A stretch of 64,000 bases of DNA from Acidobacteriaceae bacterium (GTDB lineage: Bacteria; Acidobacteriota; Terriglobia; Terriglobales; Acidobacteriaceae): positions 541-64,540 of the forward strand of contig PMUM01000330.1 in the NCBI GenBank assembly GCA_003166855.1, in the 5' to 3' direction. Of this stretch, positions 26,825 through 36,636 are shown in pieces (within the stretch, counting starts at the first letter, position 1; every line of letters begins with the position of its first letter). The position numbers and the translations under genes were made by a program. The notes under the pieces are model-generated. The model made no database searches. It had not been told where the DNA came from and saw only the letters and a list, made by a program, of their open reading frames with translations.

Positions 26825-27691
26825 TTACTTGCGCGAGAGTTCCCACGCCTTGGCGTATTTCCACGAAACGTAGGCGGCATGGTAGAGGTGCAGCAGCAGG
26901 CCCTCACGGCCGTCGAGGAATCCGAGGCGAAAGAAATAGTTGTAGACGAACGTCGCGAACGGCCGCAGCACGATGTTGCTGACGCTGAACCGAACCTTAC
27001 GATTGCCCTTGGCCACAACCATCTCCGCGCCCAGCGACGAGTAGCGGTTCATGTGCTCGATGTAGTCGGAGAGCGTCGGGTAGGAGTGGTGGAGGATGGG
27101 ACCTCTGAGTCGCACCGCAAACCCTTGAGTGTGCGCATCTTCGTGTACCTTCCGGTCCTCGAATACGGCTGAACCTTTCTTAAACAAACGCAGTTTCCTG
27201 TCTGGATGGAAACCGCCGCGCCGTATCCATCGCCCCAGAAAGAAGTTCTTTCGAGGTATCTCGATCCCGGAAAGACTGCCCTCACGCTGATCCTCAAAAG
27301 TTACATATAGATCGTCTTTGAGCTCGATCCAAGAGTCGTAGGCTCCGCGGCTAGACAACTTGTGAACAGCCTTGCCGGGTTGAAGCACAAGCAACTCAAG
27401 TACCTCTGTCGACAAGTCGTCTGAGACTTCTTCATCCGCGTCGAGACTCAGAATCCAATCGCCAGTCGCTTTCTCGATGGCCGAGTTCTTCTGCGCGGCG
27501 AAGCCTCTCCATTCCTCGACGGACACCTTCGCGCCGAATGATTTCGCGATCTCGACTGTGCGATCGGTTGAGCCCGAGTCGACGACGATGATCTCTCCTT
27601 TGCCGTCAGTCACCAGGGGTTGCACGCTGGCGAGAGTGCGGCCGATGTTGGCCTCTTCGTTAAGAGTAATAATGACGACGGAAAGGTTCAT
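26825..27691 (-). CDS. family 2 glycosyltransferase (KdtX/WaaE-like)
   Basis: N-terminal LSVVIITLNEEANIGRTLASV ... VVDSGSTDRT, a DAD motif (LSLDADEEV), and a C-terminal GFLDGREGLLLHLYHAAYVSWKYAK block. Confidence 0.8.
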   Translation of the reverse strand: MNLSVVIITLNEEANIGRTLASVQPLVTDGKGEIIVVDSGSTDRTVEIAKSFGAKVSVEEWRGFAAQKNSAIEKATGDWILSLDADEEVSDDLSTEVLELLVLQPGKAVHKLSSRGAYDSWIELKDDLYVTFEDQREGSLSGIEIPRKNFFLGRWIRRGGFHPDRKLRLFKKGSAVFEDRKVHEDAHTQGFAVRLRGPILHHSYPTLSDYIEHMNRYSSLGAEMVVAKGNRKVRFSVSNIVLRPFATFVYNYFFRLGFLDGREGLLLHLYHAAYVSWKYAKAWELSRK

Positions 27692-27745
27692 AGGTGGAAT
27701 GCGGGCATTCCAGTTTCAACATTCGTTCGCGGACTCGAAATTGTC

Positions 27746-29038
27746 TCACACTGGATCCTGTTGTCGAGGCGCGCTGTCCGCGTGCACCGGCGAAGCCGTG
27801 CGTCTTCCAACTTCCGACAACAGAAACACGATCAAGATGATCAGCTCCGGCTCGATGGGATGCCGGTAGCGGGCGTGCGGAAATACGAAGTAGTAGACCG
27901 TGGGATAGGTCAGCGCCAGTCCCGCGAAAAGCCACGCCCCGGGCCGCTTCTGCCGCACTGCGCGGCCGAGTCCCCACAGAGCCAGCGCTGACGTTGCAAG
28001 GAAAGCCGACGTGCGGAAGTCCACGGGCGCGAGGCTGCTGGTTGCTCTCGGAACGCCGTTCCAGTAGTAGAAGAAGCGCTTCAAGCTGATCACCGCAAAG
28101 CGGGCCGGATGCTCGCGGACCCAGTCGAATGCCATGCGCTTGCAGGAGTCCGCATACGCCAGTTCGCCCATGCGCTGGAACTTCTCGAACTCCAGTCGGT
28201 TGAGATTGGGCTGCAGGTAAGGCATCAGCAAGCCATCGGCATAAGGACCGTTACCCAGACGGAACTGCAATCCGAAATCATCGCGGAGAAACACGAAGCG
28301 GCCAAACACTTCATAGTTCCGCACGACCCACGGAGTCAGCACCAGAAAGAACACGATGGACGCAAGCACGATGCCACCCAGCGAAGACAGACCTCGCTTG
28401 TATCGCTGCCGCCAAATCCAGAGACCGCAGAAGGGAAGGAAGGCTAACATCGTGGGATTAGCGAGGGCTCCAACGCCATACAGCGCGCCGAAGATCGCCC
28501 AGCCTTGCCAGCCCGGCCATTCTTGCAATTCCAAGGCGAGCAGGAACAGACAAGCCAGCACGAGTGGCGTGAATGTCGTGTCCCAGATCCAGTGAACCGA
28601 CCAGTACCAGACGTACGGACAGAGCGCCCACGATGCCGCGGACCACACGGCAATGCGTTCCCCGAAAGTTCTGTGCGCGATCCAGAAGATGGGGATGCAA
28701 GTGAGCGTTGTGAACAGGCTGTTGATGCTGAGCAATATCCACGCGGAAGCATGAGTGTAGATGCCAAAGATCCTGAAGACACCGCCCATCAGGTACGGAT
28801 AGAGCGGCGGTTCCCACGCAGTTGGGCCAGTGTCACCGCCGTATGGACTGCTGAAACCGTTGCCCAGAGCGATCGAGCGGGCAACGCGGCCCATCTCCCA
28901 GCCAAACTCGAAATTGTCGTCGCCCGGACGCGTCCGATACTGATGGAACGCTCCGATCGTCGCCACCTGGAGCGCGAACGACAGAGGCAACAGCCAGAGG
29001 AAGAATCTGGGGAGTGCAGGCCGGGACGGTCTCGCCAT
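27746..29038 (-). CDS. polytopic membrane protein, GT-C (ArnT/PMT-like) glycosyltransferase candidate
   Basis: 430 aa with many hydrophobic segments. Only general resemblance to GT-C enzymes; no catalytic motif confirmed. Confidence 0.45.
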   Translation of the reverse strand: MARPSRPALPRFFLWLLPLSFALQVATIGAFHQYRTRPGDDNFEFGWEMGRVARSIALGNGFSSPYGGDTGPTAWEPPLYPYLMGGVFRIFGIYTHASAWILLSINSLFTTLTCIPIFWIAHRTFGERIAVWSAASWALCPYVWYWSVHWIWDTTFTPLVLACLFLLALELQEWPGWQGWAIFGALYGVGALANPTMLAFLPFCGLWIWRQRYKRGLSSLGGIVLASIVFFLVLTPWVVRNYEVFGRFVFLRDDFGLQFRLGNGPYADGLLMPYLQPNLNRLEFEKFQRMGELAYADSCKRMAFDWVREHPARFAVISLKRFFYYWNGVPRATSSLAPVDFRTSAFLATSALALWGLGRAVRQKRPGAWLFAGLALTYPTVYYFVFPHARYRHPIEPELIILIVFLLSEVGRRTASPVHADSAPRQQDPV

Positions 29039-29111
29039 CGGGCGTAGTGTATCAGGCGAGGACTAGCGTTCGCCCCGACGCGATGCAGGAAATGGACGCG
29101 ACCCAACAGCA

Positions 29112-29171
29112 GGTCCCTCGACTGCGCATTGCGATTGATACATCCAATCGCAATGCTACGCTCGGGATGAC
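29112..29171. repeat. REP family 1 element (reverse orientation) with internal hairpin
   Basis: GGTCCCTCGA-[GCATTGCGATTG..CAATCGCAATGC]-CGCTCGGGATGAC, the reverse complement of the GTCATCCCGAGCG...TCGAGGGACC pattern. Confidence 0.6.
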
Positions 29172-29315
29172 AGGGTGTTGAGTAAAACAGAGTGTGGCGC
29201 GCAAGAGTGCCGAAGTGTTCCTGCAGGAACACTTTTCGTACAAAACTGTATGTACAATCAGCGTAAGTCTATTGTCTGCAATGCCGCCAAAATCGCCAGA
29301 GGGCTCGACGCGACT

Positions 29316-31427
29316 CTACATTTGCCCTCCGGACGGTGCAGGTGAGGGGGGCATCGGCGTGGAAGCAGGTGGTGCCGCAGGCGTTGTATCTGTTCGCGGG
29401 GCGACATAGGGGACGTTGGGCAGGTGCGTGACCTGGCCGCGGCTGGCGTCGCTAACGTCGATTCCGGCGTGGTCAAGCAGCAGTCCGGTAGCGCGATCGA
29501 GTTCGATGCGCGACTTTTCGTAGGCTGCCTTCGCCGACACCAGATTCGACTCGCCCGTGGTCAAAGTCGCGGCATCCTGTAGGATTGCGGTTTGCGTGGT
29601 GAGTCCCACTTTTAGTTTCTGCTGATCGGCGTCGAGCGTCTGGCGCGCCAGGTCTACCGCCGATTGGGCCGCCTGCACCGCGACCCGGTTCTGCTTCACA
29701 TCGAACTGGGCATTGCGTACTTCGATGCGGATCTGATTTTCGAGTTGGTGCAATCGCACCTGAGCCTGGCGATATTCGAGTTGCGCGCGCACCTCGTTGG
29801 CCTGCGCTTCGCGATTGCGCAGCGGGATGGTGAGCGAGAGCCCCAAACCCTTGTCGGGCGCCGTGGAATTGACCAGCTGATTCAGGGTCGTACCGTAGCC
29901 GACCGAGCTTGAAGTCTGGAACGGTGGCGGGGCCGTCGACGGTGTGTAACAAAACTTGCTGGAGTTTGCGGAGCATACGGGAACCAATGGATTGACCTGT
30001 CCACCCACGCCGGATCCGCCATAGTAGGCGAAGGCATCGAGCGTGGGCAGCAGCGCATTGCGGACTGCTTTGTTGCTGACGTCGCGGGAATTGAGGTCGA
30101 TGCGTGACTCGGCCAGTTCAGCGCGATGCTGCAGCGCTTCATTGATCAGATCCTGAATGGGAACGGCGGGCTCCTGATCGGGAATCTGCACGGCTGACGT
30201 CGGGACAACATCAGCCTCGGCCAGTACGGGATCCTCGATGCTGCGGCTGAGAGCGTTCTTCACGAGCAATTCCTGCAGTTGCAGGTTGTTCTGCGCGACG
30301 ATCAGGTTCTGTTGATCGGTGGCGACGGTGCTCTGCGAACTCACGACCTGAATGGGAGGCGCGGTCCCGACCTGAGCCTGGCGTTTGGAATCTTCCAGAG
30401 CCTTTTGCGCATAGGTGAGCGATTCCTCTTGCACGCGAACGTTCTCGTAGGCGAATACCAGATCCCAGTACATGTTTTCGATCTGGTCGACAGTCGTGAG
30501 CACCTGCAAGCGGAAGGCTACGTCGGAGATTTCACGGTTGTTTTTTGCAATCCGGATAAACCGTGTGTTGGGTAAAAAGCCGAAACCCTGGAGCAGATTT
30601 TGCGTGAAGCGAAACTGGAAATTCGAGCCCAACTGTGGCGTCAGCAGGCTGGTGGGATTATTGGTGGTCAGATGAGTGTTGTTAAACGAGCCGGTAAGCG
30701 CTCCACCCCATTCGAATCCCTGGGAATAGCCGAAGTTTGCGGTGTAAGTGTTCTGGGCCACGATCGGGGTGGGACTGAAGACACTGACGGATTCGGTTTC
30801 GTTCTTGTCGAGTTGCAGGGTGCCGGTCAGAGCAGGATCGAATGCGGTGATAGTGGATCCAATGCCCAAGGTCGAGGCGACCAGGCCGTTGGTGCCGGTG
30901 CCGGCACCTCCGGCGGCAACCGTGGTGCCACCCGTGCCGGAACCGACCGTGCCGCCGAGTCCGCCCACGCCGCCTCCGGGGGTATTCTGCACAACGCCGG
31001 TGTTGACGCCGAGAATGTTGGCACCCGACTTGGCGCGCAGCAAGTCGGCGGCTGCGATGTTCAGGTTATAGCGGGCGATGTCGATGTCGAGATTGTTCTC
31101 GAGCGCAAGCGCGATTGCGTCATCGATGGAGAGATAGATCTTGCCATCGCGCATGAGTGCGTCGATACGCGGTGAGTTGGCCTGGTTGGGCTGCGCCAGG
31201 TCCTGCGCCATATAGGGCTGCAGCAAGTGGGGGAAGGCCGACCGCGGAATCGAATAGTCCCTGAGATGAACGGCCTGCGGTTGTGCCGGCTGAGGCGCCG
31301 CGGGCGGGGCCGACTGCGTGGGTGAGGCTATTTGCGCCCAGAGTGCGAGTGGGACCGAAGCAGAAATGACGGCGGCCAGGCAGAGCGGCAGCAGCCGAGC
31401 CATGGAAATCAAACGCGGTAAACGCAT
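29316..31427 (-). CDS. TolC-family outer membrane efflux protein, paralog 1, with Gly-rich insert
   Basis: OEP repeats (DAIALALENNLDIDIARYNLNIAAADL; second half LINEALQHRAELAESRIDL). Start set to MRLPRL (AAGGAGAAG upstream). Insert: NTPGGGVGGLGGTVGSGTGGTTVAAGGAGTGTNG. Confidence 0.8.
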   Translation of the reverse strand: MRLPRLISMARLLPLCLAAVISASVPLALWAQIASPTQSAPPAAPQPAQPQAVHLRDYSIPRSAFPHLLQPYMAQDLAQPNQANSPRIDALMRDGKIYLSIDDAIALALENNLDIDIARYNLNIAAADLLRAKSGANILGVNTGVVQNTPGGGVGGLGGTVGSGTGGTTVAAGGAGTGTNGLVASTLGIGSTITAFDPALTGTLQLDKNETESVSVFSPTPIVAQNTYTANFGYSQGFEWGGALTGSFNNTHLTTNNPTSLLTPQLGSNFQFRFTQNLLQGFGFLPNTRFIRIAKNNREISDVAFRLQVLTTVDQIENMYWDLVFAYENVRVQEESLTYAQKALEDSKRQAQVGTAPPIQVVSSQSTVATDQQNLIVAQNNLQLQELLVKNALSRSIEDPVLAEADVVPTSAVQIPDQEPAVPIQDLINEALQHRAELAESRIDLNSRDVSNKAVRNALLPTLDAFAYYGGSGVGGQVNPLVPVCSANSSKFCYTPSTAPPPFQTSSSVGYGTTLNQLVNSTAPDKGLGLSLTIPLRNREAQANEVRAQLEYRQAQVRLHQLENQIRIEVRNAQFDVKQNRVAVQAAQSAVDLARQTLDADQQKLKVGLTTQTAILQDAATLTTGESNLVSAKAAYEKSRIELDRATGLLLDHAGIDVSDASRGQVTHLPNVPYVAPRTDTTPAAPPASTPMPPSPAPSGGQM

Positions 31428-31580
31428 GAGTCTTCTCCTTGCATAAAAGCGGGCGCGCATTCTTGTGCACGCGGAATTCGGATAATGCCAATGTTGGATG
31501 CAAGACACAAAAATATGTCACTTCATCTTAGCGGGAGAAGTTTCGCGAAAAGGGCGGGGGATTGTAAAGAATTGTGAGGA

Positions 31581-31620
31581 GAAAGAAAAAGCGCCGCTGT
31601 CGATTTGAACAGCGGCGCCA
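31581..31620 (-). terminator. rho-independent terminator of tolC paralog 2
   Basis: On the minus strand GCGCCGCTGT-loop-ACAGCGGCGC is followed by TTTTTCTTTC, about 17 nt after the stop. Confidence 0.8.
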
Positions 31621-31636
31621 CCTGGTGATACGAGTG

Positions 31637-33697
31637 CTACTGCTGAGGCGTTTCGGTTGTCGGCGGAGCCGGTGTGATCGAAGGTAGATCCTTTCGCGGC
31701 GCCACGTGCGGAACATTGGGCGTGCTCGTCACATGTCCCCTAGCGGCGTCGTCAATGCTGATGCCGGCGTGATCGAGCGTAGTACCAACCGCGCGGTCAA
31801 GTTCGATCCGCGATTTTTCGTAGGCGGCCATAGCCGACATCAACGTGGATTCCGCGGTTGCCAGCGCACTCTGCGTCTGCAGGACAGCCGTCGTGGTCGA
31901 GGTACCGAACTGATACTTCTTCTGTTCGGCGTCCAGAGACTGCTTGGCATAATCCACCGCGGCTTGGGCGGAGGCTACACTGGCTCGGTTCTGTTCGACT
32001 CCGAACTGGGCGTTGCGGACCTCGATGTTGATCTTGTTCTCGGCTTGCTGCAATGCCATCTGGGCCTGCTGATACTCGAGTTCCGAGCGGATCTGAGCGG
32101 ACTGGGCTGCCCGGTTGCGTAGCGGGATATTGAGTTGCAAGCCGACGCCTTTGTCGGGAGCTGTAGAGTTGACGAGCTGGTTAAGAGTGGCCCCGTAGCC
32201 GACTGACGTCACTGGCGTGGTGGCGCAGCCGAAGCCCTGCAATGAGGGGTCAAGATTCGAGCAAAGGTTCGCCGGATTCTGGGAGCCGCCTACGCCTGCA
32301 CCGCCATAGTAGCCGTACAGGTCGAGAGTGGGGAGAAGAGCATTGCGCACCGCCTTATTGCTCAGTTCAGTGGTGTTGAGTTGGATGCGGGACTCCACGA
32401 GTTCGGCGCGATGCTGCAACGCGTTAGCAACCAGATCCTGAGTGGGTTGGATCGGTTCATTCGGTGGAATTTCCATGGTGGACGTGGGAATCACTTCCGC
32501 GCCCGCCAGAGTCTGATCGCGCAGGGTACGGCTGAGCGCGTTTTTCATGAGCAACTGCTGCAATTGCAGGTTGGTCAGGGCAATGGTCAGAACTTGCTGG
32601 TCCTGGGCGACCGTGCTCTGAGCGCGGACCACCTCGATAGGGGCCAGGCTGCCGATTTCCACCTGCTTCTTGGTGTCCGAGAGTGTCTTCTGCGCAAATG
32701 CCAGCGATTCTTGCTGAACGCGAGCGTTTTCGTATGCGTAGACGAGATCCCAGTACATCGTCTGAATCTGATTGACGGTCGTAATGATCTGCAAGCGGAA
32801 GGCCACGTCGGAGATCTCGCGATTGTTCTTGGCAATGCGGATGAAGCGGGTGTTGGCCGCAAACCCAAACCCTTGAAGAAGATGTTGAGTGACCTGGGCT
32901 CTGAAACTCGAGTTCAGCGCCGGACTGAGGCTTGAGAAGAAGCTGTTGGTGGTATTGCGGCCGTTATTGAATCCCACCGATAGGTTCGTGCCCCACTGAA
33001 AAGCCTGTTGGTAAGCGAAGTTCACGGTGCCGGTGTTTTGAGCCAAGCTTGAGCCTGGCAGCACACCTTGAAAAATACTCGTCGCCTGTTGACTGAAATG
33101 ATCCTCTTGCAGGGTACCGGTGAGTATGGGATCGAAGCTGTTGATTAGAGAACCAATGCCCAGCGTGGAACCGTTCAGGCCACCAACGCCGGCTCCTGCG
33201 CCACCCGCTCCGAGGCTTGTGCCACCCGTGCCAGAGCCAACCTGCCCGCCGAGGCCGCCGACGCCGCCACCGGGAGTGTTTTGCACAATGCCGATGGGCA
33301 CACCCAGAACGGCCGCGCCCGCCTTGGAGCGGAGGATATCGGTATCGGCGATATTAAGGTTGTAGCGCGCGATGGCGATGTCCAGGTTGTTCTCGAGCGC
33401 GAGCGCGATGGCGTCGTTCAAAGAGAGATAGAGCTTGCCATCGTGCATGAGTTGGTCGATGCGTGCCGTATTCGACAAATTCGGCGCCGACAGGTACCGC
33501 GACTTGTAGGGCGCGATTGGATTAGGAAAATGCGACACTGGCTTGGCGTAGTTCAGGATGGGCAGCGGCTGGTTGGCTGGCAGCTGAGGCATCGGGGCAG
33601 CGACTGACTCCTGGCCCCAGCACGCGGCGGTCATTGTTACGAAAAGGCTGGCAGCGGCGGCGAGCCGGACGGTCGACATCAAGCATGGGAATGGCAT
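31637..33697 (-). CDS. TolC-family outer membrane efflux protein, paralog 2, with Gly-rich insert
   Basis: 686 aa with signal peptide. Long blocks identical to paralog 1 (FIRIAKNNREISDVAFRLQ, LNQLVNSTAPDKG). Insert: NTPGGGVGGLGGQVGSGTGGTSLGAGGAGAGVGG. Confidence 0.8.
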   Translation of the reverse strand: MPFPCLMSTVRLAAAASLFVTMTAACWGQESVAAPMPQLPANQPLPILNYAKPVSHFPNPIAPYKSRYLSAPNLSNTARIDQLMHDGKLYLSLNDAIALALENNLDIAIARYNLNIADTDILRSKAGAAVLGVPIGIVQNTPGGGVGGLGGQVGSGTGGTSLGAGGAGAGVGGLNGSTLGIGSLINSFDPILTGTLQEDHFSQQATSIFQGVLPGSSLAQNTGTVNFAYQQAFQWGTNLSVGFNNGRNTTNSFFSSLSPALNSSFRAQVTQHLLQGFGFAANTRFIRIAKNNREISDVAFRLQIITTVNQIQTMYWDLVYAYENARVQQESLAFAQKTLSDTKKQVEIGSLAPIEVVRAQSTVAQDQQVLTIALTNLQLQQLLMKNALSRTLRDQTLAGAEVIPTSTMEIPPNEPIQPTQDLVANALQHRAELVESRIQLNTTELSNKAVRNALLPTLDLYGYYGGAGVGGSQNPANLCSNLDPSLQGFGCATTPVTSVGYGATLNQLVNSTAPDKGVGLQLNIPLRNRAAQSAQIRSELEYQQAQMALQQAENKINIEVRNAQFGVEQNRASVASAQAAVDYAKQSLDAEQKKYQFGTSTTTAVLQTQSALATAESTLMSAMAAYEKSRIELDRAVGTTLDHAGISIDDAARGHVTSTPNVPHVAPRKDLPSITPAPPTTETPQQ

Positions 33698-33709
33698 CTA
33701 CTCATCTCC

Positions 33710-33762
33710 GTTCGTTAGTACTAGTTCGTTAAAACCAGTTCGTTAACACCAAGTTCGTTTAA
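33710..33762. repeat. four direct repeats of (A)GTTCGTT(A)A with 14-15 nt period, 13-65 nt upstream of the tolC paralog 2 start
   Basis: GTTCGTT at 33710, 33724, 33738 and 33753. On the coding (minus) strand these read TAACGAAC x4 and end just before GGAG and the ATG. Confidence 0.6.
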
Positions 33763-34135
33763 GAACCAACCGAATTAAGACCTTGCTGCGAATACACTTG
33801 GGTTTGCCCGAGACAAATCGACTTGGTAATAAAGTCCTACTCAGGCATTGGTACGCAAAGGACCGGCGGAAGGTTCCGGAAAGCTGGGAGAAAAATGACC
33901 TTCCCCGCGGCTGCGCTGTTGTCGTTCCTGGTTTCCTGCGCTCTGTGTTGCCTGGGACGTAGTGGCAGAGAGGTCTCGATACTGAAAGACCGGGGTTCCG
34001 CGGAAACCGTCCAGTATAGCTGACAGGAACGCGACTTGACTTGCACCACATTGCTCCTGGAACTGGTAAATTGCTGGCAAAGCCAGAAATCGGTTGGATG
34101 ATGCGGCGGCGGCACGGGACTCGAAAGATCGCAGG

Positions 34136-34888
34136 ATGCGCAATCTCAAAGTGACTCTCTCCTATGACGGGGCGGAATTCTCCGGATGGCAGGTGCAGCC
34201 CGATGTTTCGACAGTGCAGGGCACACTTGCCTCAGCCATTGGACGCATTACCGGGGAAAAGGTATTGCCGCAAGGCTCGGGCCGCACCGACGCGGGAGTG
34301 CACGCGCTGGCGCAGGTGATGACATTTGTCACGGAGTCTTCGGTACCCACTGGGAATTTCCTCAAAGCTCTGAACGATATTTTGCCGGCGTCGGTGCGAG
34401 TGCTGGAGGTAGAGGAAGCGCCGGCGGAATTTCACGCTCGGCATTCGGCCAAGGCCAAGACGTATCGCTACCGCATTTATCGCGAGTCGATCTGTCCGCC
34501 GTTTCTGGCGCGGTACGTTTGGCACTTTCCTTACCGGCTGGCGGAGGAGGAGATGGGGCGGGCCGCTGCGCTCGTTGTCGGGGAGCATGATTTCACTTCG
34601 TTCGCGGCGGTTGATCCGGAGCGGGGGCGCGGCGAAGCACCGACGTCCAATTCGCGAAAAATATTCTCCTCGTCGTGGGAGCGGTTGGGCGACGAGTTGA
34701 TTTACACGGTTCGCGGCTCGGGATTTCTGCACCACATGGTGAGGAACCTGGTGGGCACATTCATTCTGGTAGGCAAAGGGACGCTCCGGGTTGAGGATGT
34801 CACGCGCATCCTCGAGGCGCGAAATCGGTCGGCGGCCGGAGCGACTGCGCCTGCGAGTGGGCTTTATCTAGTGAACGTCGAGTACTAA
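34136..34888 (+). CDS. truA: tRNA pseudouridine(38-40) synthase TruA
   Basis: MRNLKVTLSYDGAEFSGWQVQ N-terminus and catalytic GRTDAGVHA motif. Start set to the ATG that gives the canonical N-terminus. Confidence 0.9.
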   Translation: MRNLKVTLSYDGAEFSGWQVQPDVSTVQGTLASAIGRITGEKVLPQGSGRTDAGVHALAQVMTFVTESSVPTGNFLKALNDILPASVRVLEVEEAPAEFHARHSAKAKTYRYRIYRESICPPFLARYVWHFPYRLAEEEMGRAAALVVGEHDFTSFAAVDPERGRGEAPTSNSRKIFSSSWERLGDELIYTVRGSGFLHHMVRNLVGTFILVGKGTLRVEDVTRILEARNRSAAGATAPASGLYLVNVEY

Positions 34889-34954
34889 GCGGGGCGTGGG
34901 TAGCGGCGAAGAAGAGACGTGGCAAGCTGCGTCTCTACGGACTAAGATTTATTC

Positions 34955-36526
34955 ATGGCCACTGATCTACAAATCGCGGCGCTGAAGATTGTTTCGGTGA
35001 ATCCGGCGACGGGCGAGGTTCTGCGGGAACTGGAGTGCGCGGGCGAAGGGGTGGTTGAGGCTGCGGTTGCACGGGCGCGTGCGGCGCAGGCGGCGTGGGC
35101 TGAGCTGGGACTGCGGCGGCGGATTGAGGTGCTGCGCGAGTTTCAGGGGAAACTGTACGAGAAGAAGTCTGAGATTGCGGCAGCCATTACGCGTGAAGTA
35201 GGTAAGCCACTGGTCGAGGCCCTGGTCACCGAGGTGCTGGTGGTGCTCGACGCGGCGCGATTTCTGATCGACAACGCCTGGGGATTGCTGCGCGATGAGC
35301 CAGTGCCGCACGGCAATCTGGTCACTAAGCTGAAGAGTGGATGGCTGGTCCGCGAACCGCATGGCGTGATCGGAATTATTTCGCCGTGGAATTATCCGTT
35401 TTCGATTCCGGCGACCGAGACGCTGGCGGCGCTGGTGGCGGGCAACGCCGTGGTGCTGAAGCCGTCAGAATTGACTCCGCTGGTGGCGTTGGAACTGGCT
35501 TCGTTGCTGCATGCGGCGGGTGTGCCCCGGGATGTGTTTCAAGTCGTGGTCGGAGAGGGTCCGGCGGGGGCGGCGCTGCTGCGATCGCCGATTGACAAGC
35601 TCGTGTTCACGGGCAGCGTTCCGACTGGGAAGCGGATCGCGGCGGCTGCCGCCGAGCGGCTGCTTCCCGTGGTGCTCGAGTTGGGCGGGAAAGATCCGAT
35701 GCTGGTGCTCGACGACGCCGACGTGGACGTGGCTTCGAGCGCGGCGGTTTGGGGAGCGTTCGTTAATGCGGGGCAGGCGTGCTTGTCGGTCGAGCGCTGC
35801 TATGTGCATCGGAGTTTGTACGAATCGTTTGCCCGCGCGTGCGCGGAAAAGACCAAGCAGTTGCGCATGGGCAATGGCATGGATTCGTACACCGATGTGG
35901 GCCCGATGATTCAGGAACGGCAGGTGCGGATTGTGGAATCGCACGTGGAAGACGCGAAGGCGCGCGGAGCGCGTGTTCTCGCGGGAGGCACGCGGCTTCC
36001 GGAACTCGGAGTGAACTTTTATGCTCCTACCGTTCTTGCTGACGTGACGCAGGACATGCGCATCATGCGGGAGGAAACGTTTGGTCCGGTGCTCCCCGTG
36101 ATGGCATGCGATAACGACGACGAAGCCGTGCGTTTGGCCAATGACTCCGAGTATGGGTTGGCTGCGAGCGTGTGGACGCGCGACCGCAAGCGCGGCGAGC
36201 GTTTGGCGCGGCGCATTCATGCGGGCACCGTGATGGTGAACGATGTGATTTCGTGCTTCGGCATCAGCGAGGCTCCGCACGGTGGCGTGAAGGCCAGCGG
36301 CGTGGGGCGTACCCACGGACGTTTCGGGTTGGACGAAATGGTGCGGGTGAAATATCTCGATATGGACCGCGTGCCGGGGATGAAGAAAGTCTGGTGGCAT
36401 GGGTACGGCGAGAGCTTCCGGCGGCAGATGGAAGGGTTTTTGGATATGCAGTTCGCGCGAGGGTTGGGGACGCGGATGCGCGGCGCGTTGCGGGCGGCGG
36501 GGGTTTTAAACCGCAAACAGTTGTGA
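34955..36526 (+). CDS. aldehyde dehydrogenase family protein
   Basis: ELGGKDP, the catalytic-Cys region FVNAGQACLSVER, and EETFGPV motifs. Confidence 0.85.
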   Translation: MATDLQIAALKIVSVNPATGEVLRELECAGEGVVEAAVARARAAQAAWAELGLRRRIEVLREFQGKLYEKKSEIAAAITREVGKPLVEALVTEVLVVLDAARFLIDNAWGLLRDEPVPHGNLVTKLKSGWLVREPHGVIGIISPWNYPFSIPATETLAALVAGNAVVLKPSELTPLVALELASLLHAAGVPRDVFQVVVGEGPAGAALLRSPIDKLVFTGSVPTGKRIAAAAAERLLPVVLELGGKDPMLVLDDADVDVASSAAVWGAFVNAGQACLSVERCYVHRSLYESFARACAEKTKQLRMGNGMDSYTDVGPMIQERQVRIVESHVEDAKARGARVLAGGTRLPELGVNFYAPTVLADVTQDMRIMREETFGPVLPVMACDNDDEAVRLANDSEYGLAASVWTRDRKRGERLARRIHAGTVMVNDVISCFGISEAPHGGVKASGVGRTHGRFGLDEMVRVKYLDMDRVPGMKKVWWHGYGESFRRQMEGFLDMQFARGLGTRMRGALRAAGVLNRKQL

Positions 36527-36573
36527 CGATTCGGCCGGGCTTTGCCTCTTCGACTTCGTTCAGGGCAGGCTCT

Positions 36574-36607
36574 GGCCGGACGGCCGAGGCGGCCGTCTCC
36601 ACATGAG
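36574..36607. repeat. partial REP family 2 element (reverse orientation)
   Basis: GGCCGGACGGCCGAGGCGGCCGTCTCCACATGAG is the reverse complement of the CTCATGTGGAGACGGCCGCC... pattern. Preceded by CTTCGACTTCGTTCAGGGCAGGC, which resembles family 1. Confidence 0.5.
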
Positions 36608-36636
36608 TCGTGCCGCATCCGCATGTTTCCACTAGC

